Shown here: piece by piece, positions 45,565 through 55,548 of the stretch
Numbering within the stretch: position 1 is the first letter of the stretch
Layout: each line of letters opens with the position of its first letter
Virus record (IMG/VR): IMGVR_UViG_3300024496_000030
Location: 19,117 to 83,116 of that record
Reading direction: 5' to 3' (one strand)
DNA length: 64,000 nucleotides
Origin: a virus
Made by a program: the position numbers and the translations under genes
Notes under the pieces: model-generated
Told to the model about the DNA's origin: nothing
What the model saw: the letters and a program-made list of their open reading frames with translations, nothing else
Databases searched by the model: none

Positions 45565-46485
45565 GTGCCTGCTGTCCTGGATGAAATTTGTGCAGACGTT
45601 CGCTTAATAGAAGAACTAGAGCGCAAGATTTATACGCCGTACTCTAAAACTGCATCGTATGAGCAGTTCTTGGATTACCGTTCCGAAGGGGATACCCGTG
45701 TAGAAATTAACGGTAGTCGCCACTACAAGACGCCTTATGGTGCGCTTCCCTCTGTTACCACAATCCTCTCCGCAACTGGTGGTAACAAGGCAGCATTAGA
45801 AAGATGGGCAAAAAAGAATCCTGGTGGACGAGAAGCAGCAGCTGCACGTGGTACCCGTGTTCACTCCTTAATGGAGGAGTACCTTCTTGGTATCAATAAG
45901 AACCCGCAGATTGATGATGAGGAGATCTATGACTTCTGGAAAGGTCTTCCCGAGAAACTTGACAAGCTGGATCGGGTGGTCTGGGCAGAAAACCCTGCCA
46001 ATCCTGATGATTTTGCTTGGACGATGGGTGGTGATGGTATCTCCCGAGTCTGGCATCCAGGTGTTCACGAGAGCGAAACGTGGGGTTGGGCTGGTGCTCC
46101 TGACATCGTGGCAGAGTACAAAGGAAAAGTGGTTCTTGGTGACCTTAAAACCAGTAATGGCCTGTATTTCAGTAAGTGGCCAGGACCTGAAACCCTGAAA
46201 AGTGAGTACGGAATGAAGCGTGCTGGCTTCATGAAGTACCAAAAGTGCATGATGCAGATGGGTGCTTACGCCATGGCACTGGAGCACACCGTTGGAATTG
46301 TTCCTGAGATCATGATGATCTTTGTGGCAACACGGGAGCGGTCCCAAGTGTTTGCAGTACAGGGCGGGACCATCGAGAAGTACAAAAACAAGTGGCTTGA
46401 TGCTGTAAATAAGTACTATTCTGAGATTCTGCCGTCTCTAAATAAGACTGATATTGATATGGATGTGGTGGACGGCGACGCCTAA
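45565..46485 (+). CDS. PD-(D/E)xK exonuclease
   Basis: PSVTTIL, RGTRVH, AGAPD..GDLKTS, QMGAY. Confidence 0.85.
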   Translation: MPAVLDEICADVRLIEELERKIYTPYSKTASYEQFLDYRSEGDTRVEINGSRHYKTPYGALPSVTTILSATGGNKAALERWAKKNPGGREAAAARGTRVHSLMEEYLLGINKNPQIDDEEIYDFWKGLPEKLDKLDRVVWAENPANPDDFAWTMGGDGISRVWHPGVHESETWGWAGAPDIVAEYKGKVVLGDLKTSNGLYFSKWPGPETLKSEYGMKRAGFMKYQKCMMQMGAYAMALEHTVGIVPEIMMIFVATRERSQVFAVQGGTIEKYKNKWLDAVNKYYSEILPSLNKTDIDMDVVDGDA

Positions 46486-46605
46486 GTGCAGGTGTCTGCC
46501 TCGTAAATTAAAGATACGAAGAAAAACGGTGGATCTCCTGGGCACTCCTGTCAAGTGCCGCTACGCTGGCTCCGTCGTCTTCTCCCTGATCCGCAATAAA
46601 ACAAC

Positions 46606-49221
46606 GTGACGACCGCTACTCCAGAACCCAAGCCCCCGCATAAGCATCTGTCTCCAGGTCAGATCAATCTCGATCTGATTCCGGTTGATTTTCCCCTAAC
46701 TCCCTTGCAGGGGAAGAAAGCTTATCTTCCTGGCTGGACTAGCGACCCCAAAACCGTCAGTGAAATCCGTAAAGAATTAGAAGAAGGCAGGGCAACGGGT
46801 GTTGGTTTGCTCTGCGGACAGTGGAGTAATGACCTTGCTCTGATTTTTGTTGATGTGGATGGAGAAGATGCCATCCCCGTCATTGAAGAGCTGGGTGGTG
46901 GTCCAATTGATGAAATCTTTCCTCCCACACTGACCATTACCAGTGGGAAACCTGGGAAATTTCGCATGTTATTTCGGGTGCCGCCAGAGCGCATCCAACA
47001 ACTGCCCGATAAAGCAACCATTAAAGTTGATAAGGCGCCATGGGAAATCCTTTGGAGATCCCGTCAAGGTGCATTGATGGGTGCACACCCTGATACAGCC
47101 GGATATTCCACAACAGCGCACGGTGGTTTTGAATATGCCAAGCGCCTACCGGAAATGCCGGAATGGTTATATGAAGCCATTGCCCGTGCATATCCCAGTA
47201 GCCGTTACCGGAAACGGAACTCTCCAGCTGGTGCTGTCGTTACCCAAAGCATCACGCTGAACTACGACACAGACTCGAAATATCACCAGGAAACTGTTGT
47301 AGCAGAAGCCCTTGAGTACCTGTCCGCACTATCGGAAGAACGGGCTGATGATTATGAAGAGTGGCTTGCAGTTGGCATGTCACTCCACCAAATTGATGAA
47401 TCCTTACTAGAAGCGTGGATTGAATGGTCCGCTCAGTCCGATCAATTTGAAGACGGTGCGTGTGAGCGCAAGTGGTCTAGCTTTGAGCGGCTGCCTGGTG
47501 GACCAAACCCTGATGGCGCCAGGGGTCTGAAAACGCTTCGGGCTAAAGCAAAGGAAGATGGTTACATTGATATGGGAGGCTTTGTTGTTCCTTCCATTGA
47601 TACCATCAGGAAACGTGCTGCCATGGATGACGACGGCACCGTTGAACATGATGAGGGCAACCTATTTGCTGAACTGTTTGGTGGTGTTGCACTGCCAGAC
47701 GATCTTTTCGGTGAGGATGGTGAGCTAGATCTGGTACGGATTCCTGGTCAACCGTCCTTGCCAGGTGGGAAGAAGCAGAAAGGAGCAACCCGTAATCCGC
47801 CTGCTTCTGAGATTGCTAACTTCATCTCACCCATGTTCAACAAAAATGGGTGGCGATATGACCCTAGATTTGATAGGTTTATGAAATATGACCGCCAACG
47901 CGGTGTATGGAATGAGCAAGATCATACGAAAGATTTTAAGCATGAGGTGCAATTTGTCCTCGGAAACACTTCTCTCCCTGGCGGGTACACTTCTCATCTC
48001 GTTAATGATGTGTGTGCTCTGCTGGAGGGGCACCTCACCGAATACCAATGGAATGACGATCCCTCCCGTCTTGCATTCCGTAACGGTGTCTACGATCTGG
48101 ACACCAAGGAATTCCTAGAGCACAACCCTGATCACTTCATCATCTGGGGTCTAGACATTGATTACATCCCAGAGGCTGATCCCGGTCCCATTACCGAGTG
48201 GCTCTACCGCACGCAATATGGTGATGAGGCCAGGGTTAATGTGCTGCGGGCTTGGCTCCGTGCCTGCTTAGTGGGGCGTGGTAATGAAATCCAGCGCTTT
48301 TTTGAAGTGATCGGCCCAGGTGGTCGGGGTAAATCGACCTTTGCCAACCTCTGCTGTGCTCTTGTTGGTAGCGGGAACTACGCCAGTACTACCCTCAACC
48401 AGCTGGAGCAAAGCCGCTTTGAGCTGTCCTCCATCAAGGGCAAGCGCCTGACGCTAATCAATGATTCGGAGCGTTACGGCGGTTCTGCCCAGACCTTCAA
48501 GGCACTGACCGGTGGTGACTCCCTGCGCTATGAGGAAAAGCTCAAGCCCATCGGTGAACCATTTGTGTACACCGGCATGGTCATGGTAGTTGCTAACGAG
48601 CCCATTCAGACAACGGATAACACCAGTGGTTTGAGCCGCCGCCGCTTAACAATTGAGTTCAATAGGCCCTTATATGAGCGCAATAGTGAAGCCAAGGACA
48701 TGATCAAGATTGAACATGGCCGGGTGTCAGGTCTCTGGAAGGACTACCTGCCCGGTCTGGTCAACTGGGTTATGGAGATGGATGAACAAACCATGCGTCA
48801 GTACCTGCTTGACACCAATGAAATGGTGCCAGCACTGCGCCGCGTTCGTAATAACATCCTCCTCAACAGCAATAACCTGATTGAATGGCTGCAATCAGAA
48901 GTGGTGCAAGCTGATCACGTCACTGCTGTTGGTAAGAAGATTCCGAACGGCAATAAAGAAACCAATGAGCGCTATGTCAATAGCAACTACCACCTCTATC
49001 CCAGCTACTGCGAATACTGTGACGCCACGGGATCGAAAGCTGTGGGTCAGAAACGATTTATCAACCTGCTACTGGATTGCTGCAAGAACCAATTAGGTCT
49101 TGATGAGGTCCGTACCTTTAGTAAAGGTGGCAAACCCTTTGTCAAAGGACTTGCTATCCGTAACTCCGATCAGAAATTTAAAGATCTACCGACAATCCTT
49201 CCAGAAGGAAAAGAAGAGTAA
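46606..49221 (+). CDS. Prim-Pol/PriCT-2 primase fused to D5-like SF3 helicase
   Basis: FVDVDG, DDYEEWLAVGMSLH, FRNGVYDL, Walker A GPGGRGKST. Confidence 0.9.
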   Translation: MTTATPEPKPPHKHLSPGQINLDLIPVDFPLTPLQGKKAYLPGWTSDPKTVSEIRKELEEGRATGVGLLCGQWSNDLALIFVDVDGEDAIPVIEELGGGPIDEIFPPTLTITSGKPGKFRMLFRVPPERIQQLPDKATIKVDKAPWEILWRSRQGALMGAHPDTAGYSTTAHGGFEYAKRLPEMPEWLYEAIARAYPSSRYRKRNSPAGAVVTQSITLNYDTDSKYHQETVVAEALEYLSALSEERADDYEEWLAVGMSLHQIDESLLEAWIEWSAQSDQFEDGACERKWSSFERLPGGPNPDGARGLKTLRAKAKEDGYIDMGGFVVPSIDTIRKRAAMDDDGTVEHDEGNLFAELFGGVALPDDLFGEDGELDLVRIPGQPSLPGGKKQKGATRNPPASEIANFISPMFNKNGWRYDPRFDRFMKYDRQRGVWNEQDHTKDFKHEVQFVLGNTSLPGGYTSHLVNDVCALLEGHLTEYQWNDDPSRLAFRNGVYDLDTKEFLEHNPDHFIIWGLDIDYIPEADPGPITEWLYRTQYGDEARVNVLRAWLRACLVGRGNEIQRFFEVIGPGGRGKSTFANLCCALVGSGNYASTTLNQLEQSRFELSSIKGKRLTLINDSERYGGSAQTFKALTGGDSLRYEEKLKPIGEPFVYTGMVMVVANEPIQTTDNTSGLSRRRLTIEFNRPLYERNSEAKDMIKIEHGRVSGLWKDYLPGLVNWVMEMDEQTMRQYLLDTNEMVPALRRVRNNILLNSNNLIEWLQSEVVQADHVTAVGKKIPNGNKETNERYVNSNYHLYPSYCEYCDATGSKAVGQKRFINLLLDCCKNQLGLDEVRTFSKGGKPFVKGLAIRNSDQKFKDLPTILPEGKEE

Positions 49222-49234
49222 CTGCACAAAAATA

Positions 49235-49267
49235 AGTCTGGCTGACAAAAAATATGTCAGCCAGACT
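49235..49267. terminator. bidirectional terminator hairpin
   Basis: Perfect 13-bp stem AGTCTGGCTGACA/TGTCAGCCAGACT between convergent genes. Confidence 0.75.
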
Positions 49268-49298
49268 CTTGTTGTAAAAATATTAGTGAAGGGGACTA

Positions 49299-50237
49299 CT
49301 ACGCTTCGAGGGCAGCAACACGAGCCTTCAGTGATTCAATCTCACCAATGGCTTCCTGCAGTGCAGCCGTCAGCAGCGGCACGAGCTTGGACTGGTCGAT
49401 GCCTTGGTAGATGGGGTTGCCGTCAGCATCTACAGCGTCTTTCTCGCCGGTGATCGCTTCGGGAACGACGGCTTGAACTTCATGGGCGATGAAGCCGTCA
49501 ACCGTTTGGCCTGGGTTGGCAATGAAGTTGAATCGGCTTGGTTTGAGCTGCTGTAGACGGGTGATGCCGTCGGAAACCAACGAGATGTTCTCTTTTAAGC
49601 GATAATCGGAGGAGGTGTTGTAAGACGTTGACGTAGACGTAACACCTATTGTTCCAACTGTTGAGCCACTGCGACGCATCTCTTGTATTGTGCCATCGCT
49701 GTTTCGATTTAAGTAGACAGTAGCATTGCTGCCTCTAGAAGCAAGAAGCGTTGCGCCATCTGCAGCGTTTTCAATTACAAATCCAGTATTTGTGTTTCCT
49801 ACGCCAGGATTAGTTACGGTTGCACCGCAACACAATGTATTTCCATTTTTGTCAATCCTCATCCGCTCCGTCGGAGAACTCGCCCCATCCGCAGTAGTGG
49901 AGAACCTTAGAAGAGTTGGCTGGCTACTTCCGGAAGTCCAAGTGCCTCCATCACGTACTGCCGTAATACTTGCTGCCGGAACATGCCCACTGTCTGCAAA
50001 GTTAATAACACCAATGTTTACACCATCTGCTGGAGTAGAATCGCCTCTGGTAATGAACAACCCACCAGCATTCGTTGCGCCATTTGCATTTCCTTGAATA
50101 AGAAGCCGACAAGTACCCTGAGCGCTACTAGACGTACCAACTAATAAACGTCCAGAGCTGTCTAGATTGACAGATCCATCAGGTGCAGAACTACTTAAAC
50201 TAAAACCTTTGACTAATGCTGCCTTTGTTTGCGACAT
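49299..50237 (-). CDS. tail fibre/spike with C-terminal S74 intramolecular chaperone
   Basis: SDYRLKENI, GFIAHEVQ, DQSKLVPLLTAALQE. Confidence 0.85.
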   Translation of the reverse strand: MSQTKAALVKGFSLSSSAPDGSVNLDSSGRLLVGTSSSAQGTCRLLIQGNANGATNAGGLFITRGDSTPADGVNIGVINFADSGHVPAASITAVRDGGTWTSGSSQPTLLRFSTTADGASSPTERMRIDKNGNTLCCGATVTNPGVGNTNTGFVIENAADGATLLASRGSNATVYLNRNSDGTIQEMRRSGSTVGTIGVTSTSTSYNTSSDYRLKENISLVSDGITRLQQLKPSRFNFIANPGQTVDGFIAHEVQAVVPEAITGEKDAVDADGNPIYQGIDQSKLVPLLTAALQEAIGEIESLKARVAALEA

Positions 50238-50419
50238 TACGCATCAACTTTATCCTTACCTTTCATTTTACAGGAACAAGATTCACATTTCTTGCACCAA
50301 GTTTTGTCGCCAGGGATTACTTCGGTTCCGTAATCCCAGTCATCATAGCTTTCTGAATTGCGTAGCCAACGGGCAAACTCTTCAATGTATTTTTTGATGA
50401 GTTGTGTTGGCATGATCAA
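50237..50419 (-). CDS. small hypothetical protein
   Basis: ORF track, coupled to neighbours. Confidence 0.55.
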   Translation of the reverse strand: MIMPTQLIKKYIEEFARWLRNSESYDDWDYGTEVIPGDKTWCKKCESCSCKMKGKDKVDA

Positions 50420-50739
50420 AGAAAACTTGGTAGTTGAGGTCCCTTAGGTCCAGAAGGTTTAGGTGGCATCAACGGTTTAAATCCCCGTTCATAAAGCTGC
50501 TCCATGTAAGGAGAGTCAATGTGCGGAGCTTTAATAATTGCGTTCGGTGGAGTGTAACGAATCGTGCGTGCAACTAAAGGTCCACCTTGTTCTTGTTCAT
50601 ACTCCTGACGCACTCCTAAATCTGGAATACCTTCACCGGCCTGGCTGTAGTCCTGCATACCGCTGACGTACTGCTGCAGAAAACCAATGGTGTTTTTGTC
50701 CCCACCTAATTTCGTAGGGAAATCATTGTCCATCATCAT
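50416..50739 (-). CDS. small late protein with FLxxY motif
   Basis: GFLQQYV. Confidence 0.6.
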   Translation of the reverse strand: MMMDNDFPTKLGGDKNTIGFLQQYVSGMQDYSQAGEGIPDLGVRQEYEQEQGGPLVARTIRYTPPNAIIKAPHIDSPYMEQLYERGFKPLMPPKPSGPKGPQLPSFL

Positions 50740-50741
50740 GA

Positions 50742-51545
50742 TCAGATCAGGCCCAGGCGGAAGGCACGAGTTAAGTTACGGGCACGATCACCAGCACTCA
50801 TGCCAGCAGTCGTTGCCATGTCAGCTTGCGTAGCAGTGGCTTCCTGTTGGGCAGCCTGAGATGCCAAAGGATTTAAGGTTTCCATCGTTGGACCCATCTC
50901 ACCTTGGGCACGGGTACCGAGATCACCCATCTGCACCTCTTCTGGAGTAGCAAACGTACCAGCAAAACCCTTGGTTTCAGGGAATGTGGCAGCTAACAGA
51001 GGGTTATAAGCACCAATAGCACCACCGGCTTGGGCCATGGGAGTCTTGGCATATTTCTCCATCCAGATCTTCATGCCAAGATCTTCTGCTTCTGCTTGCT
51101 TTTCTTGCTTGATCAAGTTTTGGTACTGCGCCATCTGCGACTTGTACTCATCACCCTGTGTGTAATCAACAGTGCCAGCAGGAGTCAGACCTTTAACAAT
51201 GGCACCAGCATTAACAGTTCCAGCAGGAATAGTTACAGGTGCAGTCGGAATGTTGACGCCAGTGCCAGGAGCGGGGACACGACCAAGAAGAGACTGATCT
51301 ACCTGCGGAACCGTTTGTGCATTAACACCGCGTGCACCAATTTGATTGCGATTTAAAAAATCAGCAAAGCCTTGTAGTGGTCCACTAGGTGAAGCAATAT
51401 TTTTGATTGGCGCCAGGATTTCTCCTGCTCGTGTTTGGAAGAATTCCCCAGGACCAAATCCTGGTTTGGTCATCATTAACTCACCGCTAGGTTGTTGCCA
51501 ACGCTTTCCTTTACCGGGAACATTAACCCACCGCCCCTGAGCCAT
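50742..51545 (-). CDS. putative virion-associated protein
   Basis: G/A/Q/T-rich, 267 aa. Confidence 0.65.
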   Translation of the reverse strand: MAQGRWVNVPGKGKRWQQPSGELMMTKPGFGPGEFFQTRAGEILAPIKNIASPSGPLQGFADFLNRNQIGARGVNAQTVPQVDQSLLGRVPAPGTGVNIPTAPVTIPAGTVNAGAIVKGLTPAGTVDYTQGDEYKSQMAQYQNLIKQEKQAEAEDLGMKIWMEKYAKTPMAQAGGAIGAYNPLLAATFPETKGFAGTFATPEEVQMGDLGTRAQGEMGPTMETLNPLASQAAQQEATATQADMATTAGMSAGDRARNLTRAFRLGLI

Positions 51546-51600
51546 CTTAAATGTAGAAATCCTTTCTTACAATAGTAACACCGGGACACAGGATCTGCTA

Positions 51601-51792
51601 ATGCAAGTTATTCAAACCTTTCCAAAGGGTACCACTATTGAATTGGGTGAAGATCAACACAACAATCAGGTGCACAGAGTTTGTACACCAGGTGGATCCA
51701 TGTGTCGCTACGTTGAACCTTACCATTGTGCGTTGACGTACGCTGAGCAGTTCGAGGAATGGTACCCTCATGCTCCCCAAGACCTAGAGTAA
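51601..51792 (+). CDS. hypothetical protein
   Basis: RVCTPGGSMCRY. Confidence 0.55.
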   Translation: MQVIQTFPKGTTIELGEDQHNNQVHRVCTPGGSMCRYVEPYHCALTYAEQFEEWYPHAPQDLE

Positions 51793-52100
51793 AAAGCTTT
51801 TTGTTTCCTTTCAGTTAGGAATAAGTTGCTAAAGCAGAGGTTTAACCTGTTTAAATCTCTAAATCCGATATGCAAATTGCCTGGATCTTGTTCTGTTGCT
51901 AGTCTCCAGGCAATTCTTTCTGCTGGAAATATACCATTGGCAACAAAAACTCTGTATTTTGCTACACCACCACGGTGATCTAGCTTGGTTGCAGGTTGCA
52001 AAGTCTCCTTATCTAGGAGCAGACCTTTATTTTGGTCATAAATTAGCTCTTTTTGGATAGTAGAAGCCTCAGGAAGTTTCAAATAGAAGTGACTTGCCAA
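51768..52100 (-). CDS. degenerate HNH-endonuclease-like protein
   Basis: AERIAW..ATEQDP...IGFRDLNRLNLCFSNL; equivalent to HR..W...IDHxDxNxxNNxxxNL with the His residues lost. Confidence 0.55.
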   Translation of the reverse strand: MASHFYLKLPEASTIQKELIYDQNKGLLLDKETLQPATKLDHRGGVAKYRVFVANGIFPAERIAWRLATEQDPGNLHIGFRDLNRLNLCFSNLFLTERKQKAFYSRSWGA

Positions 52101-52170
52101 GTTGGGGAAAGCAAATGTACTACTTAGGATTGCCCGTAAACCGTTGTCCCGCAGTCACTTTGCTCCAGGG

Positions 52171-52381
52171 GGCAAAGGAACGGACGTTTTCAGCAGTTAT
52201 TTCCGCTATTACCTACGGCGTGGCGTTTTAGCTGTTCTAAAGTGTCCGTCATAAGTACGGGTGCTTGGAACGGATACATTAGAACAGCTAGCTACCGGTA
52301 TCTAAAGATATATAGGGATTTAAGAGCAAAAGCGTCCGTTCTTTTGTCAATCCTTAAAATCCCTTGACTCGCAAGGGATTT
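52171..52381 (+). repeat. nested long inverted repeats plus palindrome (candidate origin or structured RNA)
   Basis: 52171-90/52329-48, 52229-49/52270-90, AAATCCCTTG-N5-CAAGGGATTT 52357-81. Confidence 0.75.
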
Positions 52382-52419
52382 GACCCTATCCTCAAGGTGT
52401 TCCAAAAACCTCCCCTACT

Positions 52420-52926
52420 GTGGACTACCTGCAGTTTTTCAGAGATGAATACCTAACAGAACAAGATCTCGTTGCTTTTGCTACTACTCTCAAGCTGTGT
52501 CAAGATGGAATCGGATTGAGTCCATGCTGGTGCTTGAAGAAACTGGACCACCCTGGCCTCAAACACTTCTCTACATCGCACCGATTCCGTCCCCAGTTCA
52601 AAGGACGGGATGCCAGGCTGCTGGCACTGGCCCTGGTGAATCAGTTCATGCCAGAGGAGGGGGCAGTGGTGGTGCGTAAACACACCTGTCAATCACAGCA
52701 CTGCATCAACCCGTCTCACTACTACTTTGGAACGTTGAAAGATGTGAAGCTAGAGCACGCCAAGAGAAAAGGAATCAATATCAATCCAGCAATGGTCACA
52801 GAAATCCGGTCCAAGCGTGAGTCTGATAAGACTACGTGGACATATCAGAAGTTGGGCAAGTTCTACAAACTCCCCTACCATGTCATCAGACGCATCTGCA
52901 CGGAGAACGCTTACGCCAATGGCTAA
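52420..52926 (+). CDS. HNH/His-Cys zinc-loop-like protein with C-terminal HTH
   Basis: CW...HTCQSQHCINPSH..GT; TYQKLGKFY....IRRI. Confidence 0.6.
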   Translation: MDYLQFFRDEYLTEQDLVAFATTLKLCQDGIGLSPCWCLKKLDHPGLKHFSTSHRFRPQFKGRDARLLALALVNQFMPEEGAVVVRKHTCQSQHCINPSHYYFGTLKDVKLEHAKRKGININPAMVTEIRSKRESDKTTWTYQKLGKFYKLPYHVIRRICTENAYANG

Positions 52927-53530
52927 CCTTGATGGCATCCTCAGTGAAAACCTGGATTCAATCCTGAAGCCTGATAATAAATTTGAGAACCAGGTCAAGA
53001 AGATCCATCAAGAGACTGCTAATAAGTACTGCCTCTGGCACCGCAACGGCGAGCCCACTCATTGGAACAACTTTGGACTCATGGGAGAATGTCGAGATTG
53101 CTTAGCAGAGATCCACAGAGGGCGCTGCACTGTTGATGTTTGTAACTTTGAACTGGATACCTACTGGACAGTTCGGAACTTCTGGCTAAAGGTGGATATC
53201 AAAGGACCAAATGAGTGCTGGCCTTGGATGGGAGCAACGCGGCGCAACAACCAAGAGACTGTTGCGTACATGCCAAGCCCCTTTCATTCCGCCAAAACAC
53301 AGTCCGCCTCCAGGGTTGCCTTCTGGTTATCACGTGGTTACACAGGGAAATACCGCGTATTCCATCAAGAAGGTTGTGATGTTCTGTGCTGCAACCCACT
53401 GCATCTGCGTATAAAGGAGTTAGCATCAGTACCTCAGCCCACTGAGATCACGACCATAAATCTGAGCTATGGCAACATCTTCGACCGAGCAAAAACCAAT
53501 GCAGAAGCGGAGTCAGGTACTCCCGAGTAA
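52919..53530 (+). CDS. HNH zinc-loop-like protein
   Basis: FWLKVDIKGPNECWPWMG...ASRVAF...H..CD..CCNPLHL. Confidence 0.65.
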   Translation: MANLDGILSENLDSILKPDNKFENQVKKIHQETANKYCLWHRNGEPTHWNNFGLMGECRDCLAEIHRGRCTVDVCNFELDTYWTVRNFWLKVDIKGPNECWPWMGATRRNNQETVAYMPSPFHSAKTQSASRVAFWLSRGYTGKYRVFHQEGCDVLCCNPLHLRIKELASVPQPTEITTINLSYGNIFDRAKTNAEAESGTPE

Positions 53531-53810
53531 CTTCCACTCAAAAGAAAAGCAGTACGCAGGCTTCATCACCATTGGTGGAGAAGCTCATGTTACTGATTGG
53601 TTTGAAACCAAGGAAGAAGCTGAGCTGGAATTGCGCTGCCTAGAAAAATCTTTAAGCTACGAATTGATTGAAACTGTAGAAATGGAAGGTATGTATCCAG
53701 AACGCGCTAGAATCATTGAAGAAAAGTATCAAGCCAGTGGCCGTACTAACGGTTTATACACCGGTTTAAATCTGTCTGATGGCAAGATTTCTGACAACGT
53801 TGCCAGTTAA
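53499..53810 (+). CDS. hypothetical protein
   Basis: ATG 53499 in track ORF. Confidence 0.55.
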   Translation: MQKRSQVLPSNFHSKEKQYAGFITIGGEAHVTDWFETKEEAELELRCLEKSLSYELIETVEMEGMYPERARIIEEKYQASGRTNGLYTGLNLSDGKISDNVAS

Positions 53811-54456
53811 CCTAGGTTTCGTTAACTTAGGAACAGTAGAAACATATCCCACTGGAGGCACAGGGCCTACTGCTTATGGTCCCACATCATACTACGGTAG
53901 TGATCCACTGCCTCCACGTCTGGGAGATTCTGTTAATAACCCTGTTAATCTGGGGAATCTCACGTCTATATATCGCACGATAAATATCTCTAACTCTCAT
54001 GGCGGTTTATCCCGTCAACAAAGTACATTTTTTGCATTCAACTTATTAACGCCACGAGCAATCAAAGTAACCCAGAATTTCAGTCAGACTGCAACAACAC
54101 AGAAAACAAATAAAAACACTTTACTGTCTTTCTACAAAGTAGAAGATGGTACTCATCGCCGAGAACTGCCCATTAATGATCAAGGTTACGTCATTGATGA
54201 AGCGTCGGTAGAAAACGGCGACCAAGAAAACCCTAACGTCTGGACTGATTATCCAGCAACGCAGCTCCCTAAAGGAAACTATATCTTTTTAATTACCAAC
54301 GATATCCGTTATCTAGAAACCACCTACTCAATTTCTTTAGAAGCTTTCATTGCCGACTGGCGCTTTGTGAATGAAAGTGTAGAGGAAGCACTTGACTTTG
54401 GATCCATTACGTCGCCAGTAACAGCTACGCTGGACTTTGGTTCAGTAACATCTTGA
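53779..54456 (+). CDS. beta-rich putative structural protein
   Basis: T/S/N-rich; C-terminal LDFGS repeated twice. Confidence 0.6.
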   Translation: MARFLTTLPVNLGFVNLGTVETYPTGGTGPTAYGPTSYYGSDPLPPRLGDSVNNPVNLGNLTSIYRTINISNSHGGLSRQQSTFFAFNLLTPRAIKVTQNFSQTATTQKTNKNTLLSFYKVEDGTHRRELPINDQGYVIDEASVENGDQENPNVWTDYPATQLPKGNYIFLITNDIRYLETTYSISLEAFIADWRFVNESVEEALDFGSITSPVTATLDFGSVTS

Positions 54457-54501
54457 TTCTTTCAAGAAATCTGCTAACCTAATTACAGCTGCATAGCCAC
54501 C

Positions 54502-54705
54502 ATGAAAACTGTTACTCTCAAAGAATTTGAGCTTAACTTCGATGTTTTCATGGATGACATCATTGAAAACAACCGCCACTATAAGATTACTTATGGTGAC
54601 GGTAAAGCTGTCATGATGGTTCCTTATACTGAATATGATCTACTTCTAAACACTTATCAAGACTGGATCGAAGAAACTAAAAGCTCGATTGAAGAAAGCT
54701 TTTAG
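54502..54705 (+). CDS. Phd/YefM-like antitoxin-fold protein
   Basis: VTLKEFELNF...D.I......IT..G.KAVMMVP..EY. Confidence 0.65.
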   Translation: MKTVTLKEFELNFDVFMDDIIENNRHYKITYGDGKAVMMVPYTEYDLLLNTYQDWIEETKSSIEESF

Positions 54706-55125
54706 TTAACGGCCAAGATCTGTAAGAGGTTTTGAACCAGTAGAAGTTAAACCTAATGCATCAGAATAAGCTTCTCGTGAATCTTTTTTCTTTTTAGGTT
54801 TATCCATCACTGGTGGTTTAAACATACCGCTTTCTTCTGCAGTTTTTACTAAACCAGAAAGATCTTTAATTTCTGGAGCACGGTAAGGCTCAATAACATC
54901 ACCGCCTCCAGTTGTGTATGGATCATAAACAGGTGCCATACCATACTCACCCAGATAACGATTGACGTTTTCTTGACGAGTGGAGGCAGCTAAACGCGCA
55001 CGTTTCTGGTAAAAATCTGCTAAACCTGTAAGTTTATCTAGATACTCAGGAGATAGGTATTCCCGTACAATGACAGGTTTACCACCTTTAACAACGGTTT
55101 CACTCTTAGGTGCGCTGGAGCCCAT
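54706..55125 (-). CDS. putative virion-associated protein
   Basis: MGSSAPK start; late-type composition. Confidence 0.6.
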   Translation of the reverse strand: MGSSAPKSETVVKGGKPVIVREYLSPEYLDKLTGLADFYQKRARLAASTRQENVNRYLGEYGMAPVYDPYTTGGGDVIEPYRAPEIKDLSGLVKTAEESGMFKPPVMDKPKKKKDSREAYSDALGLTSTGSKPLTDLGR

Positions 55126-55185
55126 TGCTAATCTTTACTTCAGCTTGACTTCTATACTTACTCTATCGGAGATAAACCTGTAAAC

Positions 55186-55524
55186 ATGGGGCACCACCTG
55201 GAACCCACCGACGATCAAAGCAATGATCAAGATCAGCTCAGCGTAGGTAAGAGGTCGCTTCATCAACATAGTCCTTTTACTGAGGATTTTAAAGAATTGC
55301 TCAAGGCAATGTCCACTAAGACGATGTTATCACTAATGTCAACCCAACAGAAGAACTTCGCAAAGTCTTTATGGGAAGCTTGCAACTATGGCGGTCGGCC
55401 TAAACCAGGTGACCTAAAGCACATGGAGCCTATAAGGGATTACTACGAACTGGTTCTCATGATGGATCATCAGCGCCAGTGGGAAGAGAAACAGTTCTAT
55501 TGCAAGCAAGCAAAAAATTGTTAG
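55186..55524 (+). CDS. hypothetical protein
   Basis: ORF track. Confidence 0.55.
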   Translation: MGHHLEPTDDQSNDQDQLSVGKRSLHQHSPFTEDFKELLKAMSTKTMLSLMSTQQKNFAKSLWEACNYGGRPKPGDLKHMEPIRDYYELVLMMDHQRQWEEKQFYCKQAKNC

Positions 55525-55548
55525 GCTATGGCAAAACAAACCCTATGA

